From: Octopus sinensis
Lineage: Eukaryota
Assembly (NCBI RefSeq): GCF_006345805.1
Contig: NW_021825166.1
Span: forward strand, 1 to 16,507
Reading direction: 5' to 3'
DNA length: 16,507 nt
Numbering within the stretch: position 1 is the stretch's first letter; every line of letters starts with the position of its first letter. The notes below the pieces were generated by a model. That model was not told where the DNA came from, ran no database searches, and was given only the letters and a program-made list of their open reading frames with translations. The translations under genes and the position numbers were made by a program. Below are positions 1 to 8,116 of this stretch, piece after piece.

Positions 1-616
1 GGGAGTACTGAAGCACTTGACTATCAGGTGCGAGTAGGACTTGGAGGGATCTGCCTAAGGAAAGAATTTATTCCATCTACTCAGCTCTTGTAATAGAATT
101 TAGAATCTGAATCCACGATTAGATATAAATAGAATCCACGATATTTCTTCTTCCATTTTTTCTGGGTTTTTTTTTTTTGGTGATTCTGTAGACTATTTTA
201 TTCTCAAAAATGCGGAGCATGTTCATAATGGTATCGTTGCTATTCCACTGGAATAACCCAATAACTCAGCAATTTTCAGAATAAACGGCATCAAGAACAT
301 ATTTATTGCATTTATCTCACTTTTAGAAGCATAAATCAGCCTGCATTTAGAATTGTAACTAAAATGGATTTAGTGTTTGTTAAAAGTGATGTAAGGCGAC
401 AGTTTTGCGCGGCGATCCTTACTGCTTTCTATATTTAATCCAGGAACATTTTTCTTAGCGTCTGTGTTAGTCTTTGATGGTTGTATCGTTAATTATTTTT
501 CTGTATATTTTAGACGTGTTGTTTCAGATATTTCCTTTTTTTATCAGTGAGAAATCGCAAGTCAGGGGATGCTTTGAAAGGTGTTACATAAGTGACCGAC
601 TCCGCCCTCAAATTAT

Positions 617-747
617 AATAATCCTTCCTACAAAAAACACAAGGCCCGAAATTTTATGGGAGGGGACTAGTTGACTACATTTTATTGACCCTGAAAGGAT
701 GAAAGGCAAAGTCGACCTCGGCGTAATTTGAACTCAGAACATAAAAA
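617..747 (-). mobile_element. SINE family A fragment (body plus type-2 tail; head missing)
   Basis: Contains GAAAGGATGAAAGGCAAAGTCGACCTCGGCGTAATTTGAACTCAGAAC, the reverse complement of the core in the 5.1-6.1 kb units, and a tail with CACAAGGCCCGAAATTT like the 8.1-8.5 kb copies. Confidence 0.85.
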
Positions 748-804
748 ATGGGAACAGTAATTGTATCTTTGGCTCCATCATTGTTTATAACAGAAATATC
801 ACAG

Positions 805-1535
805 ATTAATCCATTAGAAATGCAGTGCTACTGTTATCAACTGGCATCGCAATATAAAGAACAACGCAGCCTACACCTCGTTAGATATCGTGGATTCCTA
901 TCCTTTCATTTCAAAAATCTCACTTCTTTAGAAAAATCCCTTGACGTCAGGGTATAATTCACTCAGTATTAGGATGTTCATGAAAATAAATAATTTACTG
1001 CTACACCAAGATGTCTGAAACTAGGTCAAAACTGGAGATGACGTTGTTTGATGTCGCCATACCGAACTACAACGGTGCTGAGATAACAGCCCTCGCTGGA
1101 GGCCCGCAATAGTTGTGCATGTCATCCCACAGCTCAGATTTGTACAGCGACGATGGCTTGGCGAATCCTGAATATTATGAATGGTAACATCACAATTACA
1201 TCGAAGCAGAAGATAATAAACAAAATGCTCAAGGTGGATTGGCTTAAACGTAATTATCACCACCAATTTAACCGCAAACATCTTCTTGGACATTACATGC
1301 AACGGGAAGTAATTGCTGCCTCTGTAGAAAGTTTTAAACATATTTCTACATAGCAATTCCAATTACTGCCAGCTATTAATTAGATATTGAGTAGCTACTA
1401 TCATGAACTTACGACTTATCTAAATTGATCGCAGAGCCATTGAAAGCAGTTTTATTACTATTCTTCCCTGAGGTGGAGATTATTGTGGATGAGTTTGATC
1501 GAAATGCTGTACATGTGCACTTTTCCTGTCGAACA
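805..1535 (+). mobile_element. Degenerate Penelope-like element (PLE) reverse transcriptase relic, YRDDG-type
   Basis: Manual translation across stops and frameshifts gives ordered motifs: CSATVINWHRNIKNNAAYTSLDIVDSYPFIS (821-), *VKTGDD/LFDVAIPNYNGAEITALAG (~1022-1100), DLYSDDGLA (YSDD 1143-1154), VIITTNLTANIFLDIT (FLD 1283-1291), IFLHSNSNY (~1340-1366) and FDRNAVHVHFSC (1494-1529). These are colinear with the recalled PLE RT consensus (VINWF..IKNK..F.QFDIVDFYPSIS; WVKK.GD.LFDVTMGSYDGAE; GLYRDDGLA; ITIEANLK.VNFLDVT; YIH..SNH; FNRNTVKVSYSC). Confidence 0.8.
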
Positions 1536-1676
1536 AGCTACGACAAGCTCTGAGTTCTTTGTTCGAATATTATCAAAAAATCTATATTCTCCATTTTTAT
1601 ATGAGAGACAAAATTATCGACGTCGACCCCTTTATTACTGTCTTTCCTCAGCAGCGATGTCAATCCACGCTGCAAA

Positions 1677-1745
1677 CACGCATATACACACACATATACA
1701 CAAAAATGCGAGAGTGAGTTTTGTGTGTATGTGTGTGTGTGTGCG
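1677..1745. repeat. Compound (CA)/(TG) microsatellite
   Basis: A CA-rich tract followed by a TG tract, directly visible. Confidence 0.85.
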
Positions 1746-1834
1746 TAATTCTCTGTAAAGCTTCCTTATATCATGAACAAAGAAAGTTTTAACTCTGACC
1801 CCTTCAGAAAAGACAGGTTAATGTTGTTCACTGA

Positions 1835-1881
1835 GTGTGCATATGTATACACACATACACATACACATACACGCGCGCACG

Positions 1882-1913
<32 letters not shown>

Positions 1914-2024
1914 TGAACACGCACACACGCACGCAAACACATACACGCACACCCACACACACGCACGCACACACACGCACGCACACAAACGCACGTACGT
2001 ACGCGCACACGCATACACACACAT
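1835..2024. repeat. (CA/CG/TA) alternating purine-pyrimidine microsatellite
   Basis: Continuous CACA/CGCA/TACA repeats; these generate the H/T- and C/V-rich pseudo-ORFs. Confidence 0.95.
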
Positions 2025-2036
2025 GCTTTTAATTGT

Positions 2037-2233
2037 TTTATTCTTTTACTCTTTTACTTGTTTCAGCCATTTGACTGTGGCCATGCTGGAACACCGCCTT
2101 AAAGGGTTTTTAGTCGAAGAAATTGACGCCAGGTCATATTCTTTGTAAGCCTAGTACTTATTCTATCGGTTCTTTTGCCGAAATGCTAAGTTACGGGGCA
2201 TAAACACACCAACATCGGTTGTCAAACGATGGT
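2037..2233 (-). mobile_element. SINE family B (CORE-type), 3' half
   Basis: Reverse complement of the 3' half of the full copies at 3458 and 12011, including the (CTTTTA)n tail and GGCCATGCTGGAACACCGCC. It breaks off just before the internal microsatellite. Confidence 0.92.
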
Positions 2234-2405
2234 TTAGCAGCAGTGTGATTCCCTTCATGGTCTGTCACATTAAGTTGACAGTATACATCTATACTACTGT
2301 TTATATCTCTCTGAGATACTTAGAAATGTAATATTTCTATTTTTGTAATCAGTGGATTTATTTGACTAGAATTCTTATATGTTTAGAAGGGCTAGACAAG
2401 CATCT

Positions 2406-2538
2406 CCAGCTAGCAGGCCATGCTCCAACTAGCAAGCCATGCTCCAACTAGCAAGCCATGCTCCAACTAGCAAGCCATGCTCCAACTAGCAGGCCATGCT
2501 CCAACTAGCAAGCCATGCTCCAACTAGCAGGCCATGCT
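2406..2538 (+). repeat. Minisatellite, 7 x 19 bp (CCAACTAGCA[A/G]GCCATGCT)
   Basis: Seven contiguous 19-bp units counted directly. The variable position reads G,A,A,A,G,A,G. There are no spacers. Confidence 0.97.
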
Positions 2539-2540
2539 AC

Positions 2541-2583
2541 TCCAGACTGATGACGAGCAAAGACTCAGAAACTATTTTCTGGA
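2541..2583 (+). ncRNA. Minimal type I hammerhead-ribozyme-like motif (probably degenerate)
   Basis: Layout: TCCAGA (stem I) - CTGATGA (2547-2553) - C GAG caaaga CTC A (stem II) - GAAA (2568-2571) - C TA T - T T - TCTGGA (stem I partner, 2578-2583). Stem I is a perfect 6 bp in correct register. Defects are a C.A pair closing stem II and T instead of G at 2575. Confidence 0.55.
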
Positions 2584-2745
2584 TGCAGGCTTAGCTGGGT
2601 GGAGGTGCTTGTCCCCACACCTTGTAAACATAAGGACACAGGAAATGTGTCAAGGCCGACAGGAAGCGTTGCTGCTTCCTTGGGCTAAATAGCGGTGGTG
2701 TGATTCCCTTCATGGGACTGTCGCATTAAGTTGACAGTATACAAC

Positions 2746-2887
2746 TACTATATATATGTGTGTGTATGTGTGTGTGTGTATGTATGTATGTATGTATGTA
2801 TGTAGGTATGTATGCATGTATGTATGCATGCATGTACGTACGTACGTATGTATGTGTGTATGTATGCATGTATGTATGTATGTATAT
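2746..2887. repeat. (TATG)n/(TG)n microsatellite (probably the expanded internal repeat of the downstream SINE B)
   Basis: Visible TATG array that runs directly into the SINE B 3' half. Confidence 0.92.
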
Positions 2888-3084
2888 GTTTGTCTGTCTG
2901 TGTTTGCCCCCCCCCCTCACTAGCGTTTGACAATCGATGTTGGTGTGTCTACGTTCCCGTAACTTCACAGTTCGGCAAACTAGACCGATAAAATATGTAC
3001 TGGGCTTACAAAGAATAAGTTCTGGGCTCGACTAAAGGTGGCCGCAGTCAAATAGCTGAAACAAAGAAAACAGTAAAAGAGTAA
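2888..3084 (+). mobile_element. SINE family B, 3' half, degenerate with an internal deletion
   Basis: Matches 3655-3869 (TGTGTTTGCCCCC..TTGACAATCGATG..CTGGGCTTACAAAGAATAAG..GGCCGCAGTC..GTAAAAGAGTAAA). Confidence 0.88.
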
Positions 3085-3125
<41 letters not shown>

Positions 3126-3165
3126 TATATTATATATAAATTATATATATGTGTGTGTATGTATA
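3085..3165. repeat. (TA)n microsatellite
   Basis: Direct observation. Confidence 0.95.
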
Positions 3166-3457
3166 GGCATGTATTACATAATCGAAGCAGGAGGTCTAAC
3201 GTTTGAAAAGTGTGATCAAAACGGAAAGAGGATAGAAAGGACGAGGAAGAACACATCGCCATTCCCTATTTTGGAGGCCACACCCTTATTCCTTTCGTAT
3301 GATAACAATCCCCCACCTACGCACTTTCACTTCACTAGATATTTATCAATAAATGTCTATTTTGCTCGCTTCTTACTCTTACTGCTCTGCCCTCTCATCC
3401 CTCTTGCTTTCTTCAAACGTATCCTGACCAACACTTTAAAACTTTAGAAAATATCCA

Positions 3458-3869
3458 CAGGAGTGGCTGTGTGGTAAGTAGCTTGTATACCAACCACATG
3501 GTTCCGGGTTCAGTCCCACTGCGTGACATCTTGGGCAAGTGTCTTCTACTATAGCCTCGGGCCGACCAAAGCCCTGTGAGTGGATTTGGTAGACGGAAAC
3601 TGAAAGAAGCCCGTCGTATATATGTATATATATATGAGTGTGTGTGTGTGTGTATCTGTGTTTGTCCCCCTAGTATTGCTTGACAACCGATGCTGGTGTG
3701 TTTATGTCCCCGTTACCTAGCGGTTCGGCAAAAGAGACCGATAGAATAAGTACTGGGCTTACAAAGAATAAGTCCCGGGGTCGAGTTGCTCGATTAAAGG
3801 CGGTGCTCCAGCATGGCCGCAGTCGACTGAAACAAGTAAAAGAGTAAAAGAGTGAAAGAGTGAAAGAGT
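3458..3869 (+). mobile_element. SINE family B, full length (tRNA-derived, CORE-type; resembles the octopus OR-type SINEs as recalled)
   Basis: A-box-like TGGCTGTGTGG, B-box-like GGTTCAGTCC, CORE-like CATCTTGGGCAAGTGTCTT, an internal (TA)/(TG) microsatellite and a (GTAAAAGA)n tail. A near-identical copy lies at 12011-12431. Confidence 0.93.
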
Positions 3870-3871
3870 AT

Positions 3872-3990
3872 ATGCACATTCTGACGCATTTCTATCCGTT
3901 CTTCTACACATCTCAAATATAATTAAATCCATTCCTAGTGAAACCATACGTTTCCAAAACGTCAGTACTTCTTCTACTGTAACATCATAA
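3872..3990 (-). mobile_element. Possible piggyBac-like transposase trace
   Basis: A minus frame reads YDVTVEEVLTFWKRMVSLGM, in register with the recalled piggyBac motif DVTVEE..AF.G....MG. Only one motif supports this. Confidence 0.25.
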
Positions 3991-4428
3991 AAGAGATATA
4001 GAAAGAATTTAAATTAATTCTGATCCTCCAGAATGTCATATTTTAATGCGTTACACAAGTAGGTGTTATATGCCAATTCTAGAGACCATCATCAAGTTTA
4101 TGTTACCTGGTCATCATAATTGAAAGCCAAATATGGATGCAGAGAAACATAAAATAAATCCGAAAATTCATAAATACACCGATTATAATTTATATCCAGT
4201 TTCCATGCAATATCAGGTCGTTTTTCTTTCATGTTTCTTCTTTCCTAGATGCATTAGTAAAGAATACATGTGTTTTCGTTTTTGTATCCTATTTTGTGTT
4301 TCCATGAATATGCTGGCACCGGTAATAAATATACTGGCAGGTACATATATTTAGCAACATGGCGGCATTTCACTTCCCTTATTTTTTTTTTTTTTGTCAT
4401 TTTCTGTTTGTCGTTCTTTCTTCCAGTT

Positions 4429-4471
4429 TCTATCTATCTATCTATCTATCTATTTATTTATCTGTCTATCT
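4429..4471. repeat. (TCTA)n microsatellite
   Basis: Direct observation. Confidence 0.9.
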
Positions 4472-4558
4472 CATTCCTAATGGAAATAATCTTTTAGGAG
4501 ACATGGGTAGTTTTCAGAATTAATACGAAACTAAGAAGTTATACATGTTGAATTTGTG

Positions 4559-4638
4559 TATAAGTCTTCTCATACGCGTTTATAACTATTTAATGTGATA
4601 TAAGTCTTCTCATGCACGTATATAACTATTTAATGTGA
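4559..4638 (+). repeat. Tandem duplication, 2 x 40 bp
   Basis: TATAAGTCTTCTCAT(ACGCGTT/GCACGTA)TATAACTATTTAATGTGA occurs twice, with a few mismatches confined to the middle. Confidence 0.92.
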
Positions 4639-5061
4639 TGCAGACACATGCAATTTTGAACCCGGATTTATTTATTTCACAGTGAAATCAAAACAACGTA
4701 CTGTATGAAGAACGATACACGACTGCGAGAGATAAATTGAATAGATTTAGTGAAAATCTTCAACACGTGATTCGTAAATAGCATTATCAAAATGTTATCT
4801 TGAACAGTAGTAGTAAACGGCTGAATAAAATATAAAAGACCACAAGGCTATGAGATACATACTGAGAGTGTTGTTAAGTAGTTCTCCGACGAAGAATGTT
4901 GTACAGCTGATAAGAAAAGTAGTCGTCGGGAAAAAAAGATTAATGAACACAGAAACACGAGGCATTCTGAAGAAGTTACGTTACGGAAGCTAAACAATTT
5001 TCTTTATCATGTGCAGACTCAAACATGCACTCTATGTCGCGTACGACGGTGATGATGAGGA

Positions 5062-6104
5062 GGCGGCGAGTTGGCTGAAGCGTTAGCACGCTGAGGGAAA
5101 TGCTTCGTGGTATTTCCTCGAGCTGGCAGAAACGTTAGCACGCCGGATGAAATGCTTAGCCGTATTTTGTCTGTCGTTACGTTGTGAGTTCAAATTCCGC
5201 CGAGGTCGACTTTGCCTTTCATCCTTTCGCTGGGGTCGATAAATTAAGTACCAGTTACGCACTGGGGTCGATGTAATCGACTTAATACCTATGTCTGTCC
5301 TTGTTTGTCCCCTCTATGTTTAGCCCCTAGTGGGTAATAAAGAAATAGGTATTTCCTCTGCGTTACGTTGTGAGTTCAAATTCCGCCGAGGTCGACTTTG
5401 CCTTTCATCCTTTCGGGGGTCGGCAATTAATTAACGTAACCAGTTACGCACTGGGGTCGATGGTTGGTCGTGTAATCGACTTAATACCTATGTCTGTCCT
5501 TGTTTGTCCACTCTGTGTTTAGCCCCTTGTGGGTAATAAAGAAATAGGTATTTTCTCTGCGTTACGTTCTGAGTTCAAATTCCGCCGAGGTCGACTTTGC
5601 CTTTCATCCTTTCGGGGGTCAATAAATTAAGTACCAGTTACGCACTGGGGTCGATGTAATCGACTTAATACCTATGTCTGTCCTTGTTTGTCCCCTCTGT
5701 GTTTAGCCCCTTGTGGGTAATAAAGAAATAGGTATTTCCTCTGCGTTACGTTGTGAGTTCAAATTCCGCCGAGGTCGAACTTGCCTTTCATCCTTTCGGG
5801 GGTCGATAAATTAAGTACCAGTTACGCATTGGGGTCGATGTAATCGACTTAATACCTATGTCTGTCCTTGTTTGTCCCCTCTGTATTTAGCCCCTTGTAG
5901 GTAGTAAAGATAGGTATTTCGTCTGCCGTTACGTTGTGAGTTCAAATTCCGCCGAGGTCGACTTTGCCTTTCATCCTTTCGCTGGGGTCGATAAATTAAG
6001 TACCAGTTACGCACTGGGGTCGATGTAATCGACTTAATACCTATGTCTGTCCTTGTTTGTCCCCCTCTGTGTTTAGCCCCTTGTGGGTAATAAAGAAATA
6101 GGTA
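5062..6104 (+). mobile_element. SINE family A tandem array: head stub, one headed copy and four headless ~185-bp units
   Basis: Head stub 5062-5118; headed copy 5119-5347; units 5348-5546, 5547-5730, 5731-5912 and 5913-6100. Each unit starts GGTATTT and ends ...TAAAGA(AA)TA. The B-box-like GAGTTCAAATTC and the core TTTGCCTTTCATCCTTTCGGGG(G)TCGATAAATTAAGTACCAG resemble the Meta/MESC domain as recalled. Confidence 0.95.
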
Positions 6105-6179
6105 ATGAGGAGGAGGAGGAGGAAAAGGAAGAAGACTGGAGAATGGGGCGGTTTGGTAGGAGGAGAGAAACGGAGCGGA

Positions 6180-6800
6180 GGGGGAGAGTGTAGAAAAGAT
6201 GGGGTAGATGAAAAGGTGGCGTGAAGGAGGTGGGGGTCGTAGTGATTTGTAGTGTAGAAAAGCAAGTTACTGCATGAGACACATGTCAAGTCTTCGGATA
6301 GAGCAAGGTCTCAACCCGATGGAAACGGGACTTGGAGGTGGAATGCCACAGGGAATAGATTTTTAAAAGTTAAAAGTGAGGCCTTGAAAGATTAGACGAA
6401 AGTGGAGTTTGACTGACTTCCGCTGCATTTAGCAAAGACAGAAGCTGAAAGAGAAAAGGTTTCAGTTTTTATGTGATGTAAGAAGCAAAAGCTACAAGTG
6501 TTCCGAATAGTAAAGCAGCGTTTCAGCTTGAATCAAGTCACTGTGTAAAGAAACGGTAGAGATACGGCTCTTTCCGACACCCAGAAAAAGGAGGCATAGA
6601 AGGGCATAGATATGAGAGGATTCCAAGGGAGAAGAATGCTTGGAATAAAGGGAGGGAGAGAGAAACTACTCCACTCCGAGCAAACCCATTAAAGGAACAA
6701 GTTATTGAGTTATAGTGAAAATGGTGATACGAAGACGGAAATTAGCTAAATTTTCAGAGATAGTTGCTGAGATGGTGAAAATATCCGGCGAATTTGTGCA
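6180..6800 (-). mobile_element. Degenerate PLE ORF, N-terminal region upstream of the RT
   Basis: The minus strand is pyrimidine-rich. Frameshifted translation gives LVP(N)GF (~6690), LLNAAEVS..(LSK)GLTF (~6440-6372), HRVETLLY/RRL (~6320-6290) and DPHL..TFSST, colinear with the recalled PLE N-terminus (L.P.GF; LSEAE.SVLSKGLTF; HDVE.FFRRL; DPF....SSTWTP). Confidence 0.5.
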
Positions 6801-6974
6801 CGCGCTTGTGGTATAGTCAGTCTAGGAGTACATGGAGGTAACACATTCATATTTGGTAGGAGCGGAGATGTAGTCGATACTTACATACAAAGGAAAGAGA
6901 TGAGAAGACACGCAATCACAAACGTTCACAAATGCAGCTAGATCTAGCGAGTATCATTCACCTATTATGGCGTT

Positions 6975-7560
6975 CGTCACTGTTTTGTTGTCGAAACTGA
7001 ACATTTTAATTAACTTTCAATTGCCAATATTCTTGTCAGTAATATCTAATAGTTTCCCTGTGAGTGTTTGTTTAATTATTGTTTGAATTCACATAAAAAA
7101 AAAAAAACTTATTTATTCTAGTGAATCAACTACAAATCAATAACTTGCAATGATTGATCTGTCACACATCAAAAGAAACTAGATTCATTTCGATATTTAC
7201 ATACTCATAATCTCGAATGCTGAGCCGCCGCAAGCACTCACAAAGGTTCGATATTTTAGTCCGAGAAGAAGAGCAGTGCCTATAGCCTATTCAAATGGAA
7301 AAGGTCGATATGATTGATATTCAGCTCGATATTTTGTAGGTTGACTGCTCTTGGAAAACCGCTGCAATTGCATGTCGCCTCGATGAAATATCAGTTGAGG
7401 CATTTAAACACATGAAATATCACTAAAATATATTAGGTGGCCTTTTTTTTATAAATTTTTAATGGAAGCTTACGTAGCAGATAATCCGTCTTGTTACGAG
7501 AGGAGTGGTTAAGTTCAAGTAAAACTTTTACAATGAAAAAAAATGGCAAGAAGTGTCTGT
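6975..7560 (+). mobile_element. Degenerate hAT (Charlie/Buster-like) transposase relic
   Basis: HCFV (6978-), RMLSRRKHSQRFDILVREE (7214-), DCSW...IAC..DEI (~7343-7400) and FK*K(L)LQ*KK (~7515-7545) are colinear with the recalled motifs HC.IHR, RWLSRGKVL.RF..LREE, D..W...LA.L.DI and FK.KL.LWK. Confidence 0.55.
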
Positions 7561-7630
7561 AGGTGGGGTTTTTTTCTAATATATATTTACATGACGGCAG
7601 TGCATGGAGATCTACGTTAATTCTGTATAG

Positions 7631-7907
7631 GTATGTATGTATGTATGTATGTATGTATGTATGTATGTATGTATGTATGTATGTATGTATGTATGTATGT
7701 ATGAATGTATGTATCTATGGATGTATGTATGAATGTGTGGTTGTATGTATGTATGTATGTATGTATGGATGGATGGATGGATGGATGGATGGATGGATGG
7801 ATGTACGTATGAATGTATGGATGTATGTATGAATGTATGGATGGATGGATGTATGTCTGTCTTGTATGTATGTATGTATGAATATATGTATGTATGTATG
7901 TATGTGT
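7631..7907. repeat. (TATG)n/(GGAT)n microsatellite
   Basis: Direct observation. Confidence 0.96.
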
Positions 7908-7959
7908 GAAGTGGGGGTAAATTTTTAACATAAGCAAAAAGTATCGAGTTTAATTATAG

Positions 7960-8110
7960 TTTCATTATATTGATCCCAGTGTCTGACTGGTACATTATTG
8001 AGCCCGGAATGATGAAAGACAAACGTAGCCACGTTTGGATTCGAACTCAGAATGACTAGTGTCGCAGCTAAGCACTACAAGCTATTTCGTTCGATTTTCC
8101 GTCGATTCTC
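7960..8110 (-). mobile_element. Old, decayed SINE family A copy
   Basis: Residual GATCCCAGTG..CTGGTAC..GATGAAAGACAAA..TTCGAACTCAGAA similarity to the family A core. Confidence 0.55.
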
Positions 8111-8116
8111 CTCGTA

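Larger units (their letters stand above)
2235..2749 (+). mobile_element. Direct-repeat-bounded structured element (retrozyme / PLE pseudo-LTR candidate)
   Basis: GTGTGATTCCCTTCATGG..CTGTC(A/G)CATTAAGTTGACAGTATACA occurs at 2243-2287 and 2698-2743 (period ~455). The interior has an inverted repeat (2395-2408 with 2600-2613), a minisatellite and a hammerhead-like motif. Confidence 0.6.

Noticed and set aside
108-142. GAATCCACGAT repeated twice
   Set aside because: It is an 11-bp local duplication with no further structure.
190-460. Upstream extension of the PLE RT (AFISL..HK, IFNP)
   Set aside because: The motif spacing does not fit the recalled consensus and the similarity is too weak.
1021-1362. 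ORFs 1021-1362 (-) and 1153-1353 (+) as genes
   Set aside because: They are better explained as the antisense shadow and one frameshifted segment of the PLE RT relic.
1450-1500. LFFPEVEIIVDEF as an ISL3/MULE transposase motif
   Set aside because: It is a single short match that continues into a PLE-type FDRNAVHVHFSC motif.
1766-2148. Overlapping H/T- and C/V-rich ORFs, and the similar ORFs at 2.7, 7.6, 10.0-10.9, 13.0, 14.1, 15.1 and 15.6-16.3 kb
   Set aside because: They are translations of microsatellites and have no coding complexity.
2406-2538. CRISPR-like regular repeat
   Set aside because: The units are contiguous with no spacers, the context is eukaryotic and there are no cas genes.
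4967-5000. CTGAAGA...GGAAG as a hammerhead core
   Set aside because: There is no intact GAAA and no stem I pairing.
5119-6100. CRISPR array or tRNA gene cluster
   Set aside because: The units are near-identical ~185-bp SINE bodies. The heads have A/B boxes but no cloverleaf.
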